A stretch of 64,000 nucleotides of DNA from Patescibacteria group bacterium (GTDB lineage Bacteria; Patescibacteriota; Patescibacteriia; UBA9934), in contig JBAZWW010000004.1 in assembly GCA_041660165.1 (NCBI GenBank), positions 14,839 to 78,838 of the forward strand, read 5' to 3'. Each line of letters starts with the position of its first letter. Positions within the stretch are counted from its first letter, which is position 1. Under the pieces are notes generated by a model. The model was not told where the DNA came from. It made no database searches and saw only the letters and a program-made list of their open reading frames with translations. Position numbers and translations under genes: made by a program. Positions 41,607 through 49,250 of this stretch are shown here, piece after piece.

Positions 41607-42599
41607 TCAACAAGCTAAATTATGAACCGCCTCGGCCAAACCAAACGTATTGCCATGTCCAAGAAGACCCAGATATGAGGCAACTACGCCTTCTTCCGGC
41701 TCAGCTCCGAGCCTCCTCATCATTCTGCGTTTTGTCGAACCCCTTAAGACCCGATGATCCGAAAATTGTACCCACCCTAAGAAATCCACCCCCGAAGCCA
41801 TTGTTCGGAGCTCGATCTTTTGTGGGTGAAGTGTTAACTTCAGTTGGTCGAACAAAAACTGATGAACAAGTGGGAGAACAGATTCGAGATACCCTCGATG
41901 ACGCGACAAAAATACAAAGTCATCCGCGTATCTCACATAATGTCTGATATGCAACTGATGCTTCACGTATTGGTCGAGTTCATTCATGTATACGTTGGCG
42001 AGTATCTGACTGGTCAAATTTCCTAGTGGCAATCCCACTCCTGGCACTCCCGACGGGAAGCTCTCGATAATCTGTTGAATACACCACATGATGCGCCAAT
42101 CGGCTATTCGCCGATCCAATATGAGAAGAAGTGTACGTTGGTCTATAGACGCAAAAAACTTTCTCACATCACACTTCAACACCCAAACGGTTTTTCGATG
42201 ATTCATCGATACTTCTTGTGCCATCCGAGTGAATCGATTATTCGCTCGATGAGTGCCTTTGGCGATCCTGCATGAAAAAGAATCAGCAATAAACGTCCGG
42301 TCAAAAAATGGATACAACTTTCGATACAATGCCCGATGGAAAATACGATCTCGAACAGACGCTTTATGAATCTGCCTTTTCTTTGGATCGTTAATAACAA
42401 AAGCTCTATATGGCTCATGACGATATGACATGTCCACAAGTGAGGCGTGCAAAGCCAGCAGATTGCTCATAAGGTTCCGGGCAAATTCTTGGACGTCCGG
42501 TTTAGAGCGCTTCCCGGGCAAAAATTCTCTCCATGCCACGAGCAAATTCTCGACGGAAATTATGTCTTCGTATTTTTCTTCAAAAATAATTCTGCCCAT
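41607..42599 (-). CDS. DGR reverse transcriptase
   Basis: 330 aa; PKKRQI..ASVRDRI, KCDVRKFFASI, GLPLGNLTSQ (DGR-type SQ), YVRYADDF, DFLG; no maturase or endonuclease domain. Confidence 0.95.
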   Translation of the reverse strand: MGRIIFEEKYEDIISVENLLVAWREFLPGKRSKPDVQEFARNLMSNLLALHASLVDMSYRHEPYRAFVINDPKKRQIHKASVRDRIFHRALYRKLYPFFDRTFIADSFSCRIAKGTHRANNRFTRMAQEVSMNHRKTVWVLKCDVRKFFASIDQRTLLLILDRRIADWRIMWCIQQIIESFPSGVPGVGLPLGNLTSQILANVYMNELDQYVKHQLHIRHYVRYADDFVFLSRHRGYLESVLPLVHQFLFDQLKLTLHPQKIELRTMASGVDFLGWVQFSDHRVLRGSTKRRMMRRLGAEPEEGVVASYLGLLGHGNTFGLAEAVHNLAC

Positions 42600-43000
42600 A
42601 TGAGATCATTTAACGTCCCCCCCCCCCGAAACTGCTCCCACTACTTGAAGACTTAAAATCTGCATATCTTGTTTGGTTTTTATACTACCAGACCATCCCC
42701 AAAACACACAGGTACACTCTCGGCGGTCGTATCGATGATTTGCTGGTAGACATGATCGAAGCGACTGCCACAGCGGGCTTTCTAGCTAAAGCAGAGAAGC
42801 TTCCGTATGTCCGAGTCTCAATCCGAAAACTAGATACCATAAAAGTGCTTCTCATGGTGCTGTGGGAAACGAAATCACTTAACGACAAGCAATACATCAC
42901 CCTTTCAGAAAAGTTTGAAGCGATTGGCAAAATGCTCGGTGGCTGGCATGGACAGCTCACCAAACAAACAACCCCAGGAAATATCCCGGGGCAGAAATGA
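42600..43000 (+). CDS. avd: DGR accessory variability determinant (Avd), out of frame with its ATG at a C11 tract
   Basis: Frame open from 42614: LPLLEDLKSAYLVW..IPKTHRYTLGGRID...EAIGKMLGGW (four-helix Avd motifs). ATG 42600 joins this frame if the tract is C12 or C9. Confidence 0.85.
42617..42627 (+). repeat. C11/G11 homopolymer, candidate slipped-strand switch
   Basis: GT-CCCCCCCCCCC-GAAA. Confidence 0.8.
42972..42991 (-). other. Hairpin in the TR downstream spacer
   Basis: Minus strand CCCCGGGA-TATT-TCCTGGGG, 17 nt after TR. Confidence 0.55.
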
Positions 43001-43008
43001 AACCTCTG

Positions 43009-43133
43009 GCGGAGACCGCAGCCGGGTTGTTGCCGTTCCACTGGTTGCTGAGCCAGTTGTAGTTCACGTACCAGTTCTGGCCATTCCAGTTGAGGTAGTA
43101 GACGTACACCTTGTCGTTCACCGGGTTGCGGAA
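43009..43133 (-). repeat. DGR template repeat (TR)
   Basis: 125 bp; reads FRNPVNDKVYVYYLNWNGQNWYVNYNWLSNQWNGNNPAAVS; 33 adenines, 11 AAY codons. Confidence 0.96.
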
Positions 43134-43372
43134 TCACGTGAAGTGCCATCCATAACACCATCCTTTGACTACTCTGAGGATTGAATCGAATTCGTGATAA
43201 TAATCACCTAGCACTCCACGCCAAGTTTTTTCATGTCAAAATCCGGAAAAGCCACGCTATTCCAAGCCGTAACCAGAAATATTCTGGACAAATTCGAATC
43301 AGGTTTGGTAGCCAGAAGTCTTAACCGCCGGCATATTCACCTTACCCGGACAAAGTATAACTCCAAATTGAA

Positions 43373-43406
43373 GAGGAGCTCCACGCAACGTTGCGCAGAG
43401 CTCCTC
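43373..43406 (-). other. Hairpin/cruciform downstream of VR (possible retrohoming signal or terminator)
   Basis: Minus strand GAGGAGCTC-TG-CGCAACGTTGCG-TG-GAGCTCCTC. Confidence 0.7.
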
Positions 43407-43463
43407 ACGCGAATCCGAAAGTGCAAAGGACTGAGGATCTAAGGGCTAACGTGCCTAAGGATC

Positions 43464-44144
43464 TCAGGTCACAGTGCTGGGACTTGCGGAGACCGCAGCC
43501 GGGTAGCTGCCGTCCCACCGGCCGCTGAGCCAGCCGTAGTACACGCACCAGTGCCGGCCACTCCAGTCGAGGTAGCAGACGCACACCCCGGCGCTCACCG
43601 GGCTGCGGAAGCCCTCGCCCCAGAAGAAGATGGCGCCCGCTGTCTTCCAGCCCTCCGGAATGAAGTCCAGATTCGCCTTGAGCGCATCCAGCTCATTCTT
43701 GGAGGAATGGCCGGGCACGGCCTTCAGCTTCTCGTCCCAGAGGACTTGGCCGTTGATGCCACCATCGGCCAACTGGGCAGGGTCCACGTGGAACGTCATC
43801 GGCACGCCGTTACGGAGCAGAATCCGGTCCTTACCCGTCCCCTGCCAAGTGAAGATCACCGTGCTGGGCTTGACCACGTTCCATGCCCGCTCGGCCGTAT
43901 CGAACGGAAGCTGGGAAGGGACGTCGTTGTAGACCTCGAGCGTGTGCTCGTCGATCCGCTTGAAGCGGAGCGGGGCCGGGGCGGGCTCGGGCGCGTTCGC
44001 CCCCTTGAAGGCGTCAACGCGACGCTTGAGCGCGTCCTTGTCCGCGAGACATTCCTCCGCCTCTTCCATGGACATGCCCGCTTGCGCGAACTTACCCACG
44101 AGAGCAAGGAGCTGGCCAGCCGGGAGCTTCAGAAGGTTCGTCAT
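43464..44144 (-). CDS. DGR target protein with C-terminal variable region (probable CLec-like fold)
   Basis: Carries VR at its C-terminus; no signal peptide; start uncertain (44144, 44156 or 44180). Confidence 0.9.
   Translation of the reverse strand: MTNLLKLPAGQLLALVGKFAQAGMSMEEAEECLADKDALKRRVDAFKGANAPEPAPAPLRFKRIDEHTLEVYNDVPSQLPFDTAERAWNVVKPSTVIFTWQGTGKDRILLRNGVPMTFHVDPAQLADGGINGQVLWDEKLKAVPGHSSKNELDALKANLDFIPEGWKTAGAIFFWGEGFRSPVSAGVCVCYLDWSGRHWCVYYGWLSGRWDGSYPAAVSASPSTVT
43486..43610 (-). repeat. DGR variable repeat (VR)
   Basis: Gapless match to TR with 21 mismatches, all at TR adenines; invariant GC-rich 3' end CCCGGCTGCGGTCTCCGC. Confidence 0.96.
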
Positions 44145-44276
44145 GTGACTACCCATCCTTTCATAATGCCGTCGGTACACCCTGTATGCGATCTATTCGC
44201 CTACAAGATTTCCCTGTGTTAAAAACGGCTGTTCTTGGCTAATGTTTGGCCAGAAACAGCTATTTTCAACCTAGTC

Positions 44277-44305
44277 ATTATAACAAAAAAATGCACTTTT
44301 GTCAA
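44277..44305 (-). promoter_or_regulatory. Consensus sigma70 promoter of the DGR target gene
   Basis: TTGACA-N17-TATAAT with extended -10 TG; followed by a leader hairpin at 44221-44266. Confidence 0.8.
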
Positions 44306-44331
44306 TGTTATAGGGCCATAATACAAAGAGC

Positions 44332-44369
44332 TCCTACACACTCCCCGTGTGGGCAGGCGCAGGGGACTT
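44332..44369. repeat. 38-bp hairpin direct repeat, right copy flanking the DGR
   Basis: TCCTACACACTCCCCGTGTGGGCAGGCGCAGGGGACTT. Confidence 0.85.
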
Positions 44370-44373
44370 AAAT

Positions 44374-44874
44374 CTATGGATTCGCAAATGTTTTAAGGGA
44401 AACGGTACCTGTATCTGCCCCGCAGGAACCAACCTCGATCATTTCGCCAGAAACGCTCAGGTAATAGCCGGTGCCAAAGAGGCCAAAGAGGGAATGTTTG
44501 GGATCACTCGGCGCGTCTTCGGGTTTATTGAAAATTTCTTCGGGCGGGAGGCAGTCATCCGGAACGGCGTCGTCTGAACAAAACCTGCCCCAAGCGCCGG
44601 CACAGGAAGAGCCGGTGCCGAGGAGAAATTTCGAGCCCGATCTATCGGACAGACGCTTCAATAGCGCGTCATACTTGTCCGGATGCGTGGTAGAAAGCGT
44701 CAGCACTGTCGTCATGATCTTCCGCACATCATCGCTCCGACGCTCATCACGCCGAAGGGCGAGCATCCTGGCCGGGTTTACCGCAAAGGCAATGATGCAC
44801 ACCGCCAGGCCGAGCAAGCCAAAGACAATGACATGATCAAGCCTGGTACCGCGCATGTATTGCCCATGTGGCAT
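44374..44874 (-). CDS. Degenerate type IV pilin-like protein
   Basis: Hydrophobic helix then AVNPARMLALRRDERRSDDV; P.DP and GYY motifs; lacks GF/E5. Confidence 0.65.
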   Translation of the reverse strand: MPHGQYMRGTRLDHVIVFGLLGLAVCIIAFAVNPARMLALRRDERRSDDVRKIMTTVLTLSTTHPDKYDALLKRLSDRSGSKFLLGTGSSCAGAWGRFCSDDAVPDDCLPPEEIFNKPEDAPSDPKHSLFGLFGTGYYLSVSGEMIEVGSCGADTGTVSLKTFANP

Positions 44875-44893
44875 ATGGCACGAATCATACCAT

Positions 44894-45709
44894 TTACCGT
44901 TGGCACGTTGGACAATAATGGGTTCCTCGGCCAACCAGAACAATTTTCTTAATTGGGGTTTTGCATTTCAGGCAGGGCAAATTAGCTCGACCGTAGACCT
45001 TCAACAGAACCGAGAATCCACCTTGAGTACCATTTGTATCCACATAATCGTTTGAAGTAGTGCCGTTTAAGTCAATGGATTTCTGTAAAATCTTTTTCAC
45101 TTCTTTTATGACCTCGGTGCGATTTTTTGCCGTTAAGCTCGAGAGCCTTCTAGTTGGTCGAATCCCTGCCCGATGACAAGCTTCATCCGCATAGATATTT
45201 CCCACGCCCGCAATGCATTCCTGATTTAACAGCGCGGCCTTGATGGTCCTCGACGACGGTGTGCAAAGTCTATCAGCGAGTAGCTCGACGGATGTTTCGA
45301 GTGGCTCAGGTCCGTATTTGCATAAGGCTTCATCGAGGCCCTCGACGGACACGCACTTCAGATAGCCGAAGGTACGGATGTCGGACCAGACGAGGTGCTC
45401 CGCTCCCCCGCTGAATACAAAAAGTATTCGATCATGCTTCTGCCGGACATAATTTTTCGGCACGAACAAAAATTTGCCGGTCATCTTCAAGTGGCCAACA
45501 ATCGCCGTCCCATCGTCAAACTGGAAGACAAGGATTTTCGCTCGCCGGCTCACCTCCTCGATGCGCTTGCCGAGGATGGACTCGATAAACTTCTTCCCCA
45601 TTGGCGTCTCCCTCCCAGATTTCCAGATTTCGACAGCCGAAATAACGCGCCCCTTGAGGCGCTCATTTAACTGGCGCTTGATTGTTTCTACTTCGGGGAG
45701 TTCGGGCAT
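44894..45709 (-). CDS. mutM: Formamidopyrimidine-DNA glycosylase
   Basis: MPELPEVET, HLKMTG, GVGNIYADE, C-terminal zinc finger. Confidence 0.96.
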   Translation of the reverse strand: MPELPEVETIKRQLNERLKGRVISAVEIWKSGRETPMGKKFIESILGKRIEEVSRRAKILVFQFDDGTAIVGHLKMTGKFLFVPKNYVRQKHDRILFVFSGGAEHLVWSDIRTFGYLKCVSVEGLDEALCKYGPEPLETSVELLADRLCTPSSRTIKAALLNQECIAGVGNIYADEACHRAGIRPTRRLSSLTAKNRTEVIKEVKKILQKSIDLNGTTSNDYVDTNGTQGGFSVLLKVYGRANLPCLKCKTPIKKIVLVGRGTHYCPTCQR

Positions 45710-45711
45710 AG

Positions 45712-46260
45712 CTATTTCAGGTGCTCGATCAATATTTTTGTAACCTCTTCTGTCGGTGCCGAACTATCAATCTCTATAAACTTGGCCGTCGAGTACTCTC
45801 GAGCATACTCAGCTGCGGCTTTTTCAGTCTCGTAATAGCGTTTAATCCGATTTTCGATCACCTCGGGGACATCATCGGCTCGCCCGCGCTCGATTAGTCG
45901 TTTCCGAGCGAGTTCATCGGGAATGACCAAATGAATGAAGTGAGTGGGCTGATCGAATTCAAAATAGGTTTTCAAGGACTCAACGGATCTAGGGTAGCCA
46001 TTCACAATATATCCACTGTTCTGAATTTCTGGGGACAGCAGTTTCTCTTTGTAGATGTTCGTCGCCACGCCTTTCGGAATCATTGTTCCAGACTCAACAT
46101 ACGGTTTAACCAGGAGGCCGAGCTCACTGCCTTTAGCGATCTCATCACGCAAAATCTGCCCCGTAGAAAAATGCGGAATGCCCAAAATCCTGGCAAGTGC
46201 TTCACACTGCGTGTCCTTGCCTGCGCCGGGGAGGCCGTAGACGATGATTTTGTAAGGCAT
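45712..46260 (-). CDS. adk: Adenylate kinase family protein (short, no LID)
   Basis: GLPGAGKDT, STGQILR, GYPR, RGRADD. Confidence 0.88.
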   Translation of the reverse strand: MPYKIIVYGLPGAGKDTQCEALARILGIPHFSTGQILRDEIAKGSELGLLVKPYVESGTMIPKGVATNIYKEKLLSPEIQNSGYIVNGYPRSVESLKTYFEFDQPTHFIHLVIPDELARKRLIERGRADDVPEVIENRIKRYYETEKAAAEYAREYSTAKFIEIDSSAPTEEVTKILIEHLK

Positions 46261-46363
46261 ATGATCGTTTTGTACTGTACGACAATAGTAGACTATGATC
46301 CAATGCGCCACCTCTAGACCCTTCCTAACGTCAGGGTCTAATCCTCACGTCGGGGTGGGACGG

Positions 46364-46403
46364 CCAATCAGATCCCTCGGCCGTCGGACGGCCTCGGGAT
46401 GAC
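46364..46403. repeat. GTCAT-type palindromic repeat
   Basis: Reverse complement of 46370-46403 matches 48701-48734 at 32/34. Confidence 0.75.
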
Positions 46404-46412
46404 AATGCCAAT

Positions 46413-47078
46413 ATGCCTTTCCTATTGATCGACAAACCCGCGGGGATCACGTCACATGATGTGGTCGACAAAGTTCGCAAAATTACCGGCGAGAGAACTG
46501 TGGGCCATGCTGGGACGCTTGACCCGTTTGCCACGGGGTTGCTTATTGTTGGGGTGGGACGGGACTCAACCAAACAATTATCAACGTACTTGGGGATGGA
46601 TAAGGAGTATGAGGCCACGTTTGTGATCGGAGCAACCACCGAGACGTTGGATCCGGAAGCGCCCGTCGTGGTCGCGCCAAGGGTCGATACATGGATCGAC
46701 CCCTACGGCGAGATTCGTTCCGCCATGAAAAAATTGACCGGTGAAATCTCCCAAATCCCCCCGATGCATTCGGCCATTAAGGTTGGCGGGAAGAAATTGT
46801 ACGAACTCGCCAGAAAAGGCCAAACAATCGAAGTTGCCCCAAGAAATCTCACCGTTCACTCATTCGAATTACTCGAAAATCCGGATTTCTCTACCTGGCC
46901 AATCACCTTGAAGGTCAGAATCGCCTGCTCCTCCGGCACGTACATTCGAGCGCTTGCTAGAGACCTTGGCGTTCTTTTGGGCACAACGGGCTACGTTTCC
47001 AGTCTACGCCGGACCAAAATCGGCGAATATTCCGTAGCTTCTGCAAAAACCCTTGAAACCCTTTCTAACCCTTTATAA
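46413..47078 (+). CDS. truB: tRNA pseudouridine(55) synthase
   Basis: DKPAGITSHD, GHAGTLDPFATG, SSGTYIRALARD. Confidence 0.96.
   Translation: MPFLLIDKPAGITSHDVVDKVRKITGERTVGHAGTLDPFATGLLIVGVGRDSTKQLSTYLGMDKEYEATFVIGATTETLDPEAPVVVAPRVDTWIDPYGEIRSAMKKLTGEISQIPPMHSAIKVGGKKLYELARKGQTIEVAPRNLTVHSFELLENPDFSTWPITLKVRIACSSGTYIRALARDLGVLLGTTGYVSSLRRTKIGEYSVASAKTLETLSNPL
46681..46709. repeat. Family A palindrome in frame inside truB
   Basis: GGGTCGATACATGGATCGACCCCTACGGC encodes RVDTWIDPYG. Confidence 0.8.
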
Positions 47079-47148
47079 CCCCCTCTAACCCTTCCCCTCT
47101 CAAGCATCTCATGCTACCCTCGTTCGGTAACAACTGGTAGAAATAATT

Positions 47149-48675
47149 ATGCTTATCCCCCTCATTTTAGCTCTCGGGGGGTTGGTACTTGGCAGCGCTG
47201 TAGGATATTTTGTCCGCGCCACAATCGTCAAAAACCAAACAAACTCCGCCGAGGCACGTGCCGTAAGAATCTTAGAAGAAGCGAAAGATAAGGAACAAAA
47301 GATCATCATTGAAGGTAAGGAAAAGGCCATTGGGTTCATTGAAGAAGGCAAGAAAGAACTTCAGGAAAAGGAGAAGGACATCCGCGCTACTCAGGAACGC
47401 CTCACAGAACGTGAGCGCCTTTTTGATAAAACGCTGTTGGATTTCGAGACCAGAAAAGCTCAACTTGACGATTACAAGTCAAAGCTTGAAACCGCCAAAG
47501 CCAAAATTGATGAGGTCAGAGCTGCGGCCGATACGAAACTCGAAGAGGTGGCCGGTATGGGCAAAGAAGCCGCCCTCCAAGTAATCATGGACCGCGTGGA
47601 GGTGGAGCAACAGGACTCGCTCATGAGTTTGATCCGCAAGTATGACCAGCATTCTGAAGAAGAACTTGAAAATCATGCCCGCAAGATCCTGTCCCTCGTC
47701 ATCCAGCGTTTTGCGTCGAGCCAGGTTGTTGACGCAGCTACCACCTTCGTTCAATTAACGAGTGAGGACATGAAGGGCCGAATCATCGGCAAAGAAGGCC
47801 GTAATATTAAAGCTATCGAGCATCTAACCGGCTGTGAATTGATCGTGGATGACACGCCGGGCATGATCACCATCTCCGGCTTCTCCCCCGTCAGACGCCA
47901 GGTGGCTAAGCGAGCGCTTGAAATCCTGATGAAAGACGGCCGTATCCAACCGGCCAAGATTGAGGACGCCGTGAAAGAATCGAAGAATGACCTCGCCAAG
48001 GAGATGCGCAAGGCCGGTGAGGACGCACTGTATGAACTCGGCATTCCGGTTTCATCTATTGATCCGAAGCTGGTCTCGATTCTCGGCCGTTTGAAATACA
48101 GAACAAGCTACGGTCAGAACGTGTTGCAACATTCTATTGAGGTGGCCCGCATCTCCGGCATGATTGGCGAAGAGCTGGGCATGGATCCATTCCCCCTGAA
48201 GAAAGGCGGACTTTTCCATGACATTGGCAAGGCCGTAGACCATGACATGCAGGGCGCGCACCCGCAGATTGGCTACAACATCATGAAAAAGTTTGGCTTC
48301 CCGGAAGAGATGGCCTACCAGTCCATTGCTCACCATGAGGACAGGCCGAGGACGATCGAAGGAGTCGTGGTCAAGGCGGCTGACGCCATTTCTGGCGCTC
48401 GCCCTGGTGCTCGCCGAAACTCTGTTGAGGAATACTTGCAACGTCTCCAAAATCTTGAAATGACCGCTGCCGGTTTCCCAGGCGTGGAAAAGGCCTATGC
48501 CATCCAGGCTGGCCGAGAAGTCCGCGTCTTTGTTGAACCAACTGAAATCGATGACTTCAAGGCCTATGAGCTGGCCCGCGACATTGCCAAAAAAATTGAG
48601 GCTGAACTGACCTATCCTGGCGAGGTGAAGGTGACGGTTATTCGGGAGACCAGGGTGATCGAGTTTGCACGATAG
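47149..48675 (+). CDS. rny: Ribonuclease Y
   Basis: N-terminal TM, coiled coil, KH domain (KGRIIGKEGRNI), HD domain (HDIGKA). Confidence 0.96.
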   Translation: MLIPLILALGGLVLGSAVGYFVRATIVKNQTNSAEARAVRILEEAKDKEQKIIIEGKEKAIGFIEEGKKELQEKEKDIRATQERLTERERLFDKTLLDFETRKAQLDDYKSKLETAKAKIDEVRAAADTKLEEVAGMGKEAALQVIMDRVEVEQQDSLMSLIRKYDQHSEEELENHARKILSLVIQRFASSQVVDAATTFVQLTSEDMKGRIIGKEGRNIKAIEHLTGCELIVDDTPGMITISGFSPVRRQVAKRALEILMKDGRIQPAKIEDAVKESKNDLAKEMRKAGEDALYELGIPVSSIDPKLVSILGRLKYRTSYGQNVLQHSIEVARISGMIGEELGMDPFPLKKGGLFHDIGKAVDHDMQGAHPQIGYNIMKKFGFPEEMAYQSIAHHEDRPRTIEGVVVKAADAISGARPGARRNSVEEYLQRLQNLEMTAAGFPGVEKAYAIQAGREVRVFVEPTEIDDFKAYELARDIAKKIEAELTYPGEVKVTVIRETRVIEFAR

Positions 48676-48700
48676 CGCCGTCGTCATACCGAGTACCGTT

Positions 48701-48778
48701 GTCATCTCGAGGCCGTCCGACGGCCGAGAGATCTGAATTGGTCGGCGCCAATCAGATCCCTCCTATCGTCGGGATGAC
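48701..48778. repeat. GTCAT...ATGAC composite inverted repeat
   Basis: GTCATCTCGA...GAGAGATCTGA-TTGG..CCAATCAGATCCCTC...TCGGGATGAC. Confidence 0.75.
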
Positions 48779-48843
48779 ACAAACCAATCAGATTCTGGCT
48801 AAGACTTGCACGATTTCGGTCATTGGGCTAACATAAGCCCATT

Positions 48844-49155
48844 ATGAACAAAGCAGAACTTGCGCTCAAACTTTCTGAGCGCCTTGATATCCCAAAAAAG
48901 TTAGCGGAAGACATGTTGGAAAACTTTGAAAACCTCGTGGTTTCGGCCCTTGTAGCCGGCGATGAGGTAACGATTGCCGGCTTCGGCACGTTCTCCGCAC
49001 GCATCCGCACCGCCCGCATGGGTGTGAACCCGCGCAACCCGTCAGAGAAGATTAAGGTGCCAGAAGTCCGCGTGCCAAAGTTCAAAGCAGGCAAGGGCCT
49101 CAAGGACGCGCTCAAGAAGTCTACAAAGACCGCCGAGCCCGTTCCCACCGTGTAA
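48844..49155 (+). CDS. hup: HU family DNA-binding protein
   Basis: MNKAEL, GFGTF, GVNPR, PKFKAGKGLKD. Confidence 0.95.
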   Translation: MNKAELALKLSERLDIPKKLAEDMLENFENLVVSALVAGDEVTIAGFGTFSARIRTARMGVNPRNPSEKIKVPEVRVPKFKAGKGLKDALKKSTKTAEPVPTV

Positions 49156-49220
49156 GGTAGGGTTTAAAACCCTACCTTACATGCAAGAAGATCCGCGTTC
49201 CCCAGGGGACGCGGATCTTT
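49152..49220. terminator. Two tandem hairpins between convergent genes
   Basis: GTAAGGTAGGGTT..AACCCTACCTTAC and AAGATCCGCGT..ACGCGGATCTT. Confidence 0.7.
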
Positions 49221-49250
49221 CGTTCTGCGAGTCGCCGAGCGGACCTCGGC

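Larger units (their letters stand above)
41607..44305 (-). mobile_element. Diversity-generating retroelement cassette (target/VR, TR, avd, RT)
   Basis: RT, Avd and a TR/VR pair with adenine-only mismatches. Confidence 0.95.

Noticed and set aside
41607-42599. RT as a group II intron, retron or CRISPR-associated RT
   Set aside because: No maturase or endonuclease domain, no msr-msd or cas genes; the TR/VR pair and Avd identify a DGR.
42685-43161. 158-aa minus-strand ORF spanning TR
   Set aside because: Off-frame read of TR plus antisense of avd; no independent coding evidence.
43233-43442. 69-aa ORF between TR and VR
   Set aside because: Overlaps the post-VR hairpin on the opposite strand and has no motif; probably non-coding.
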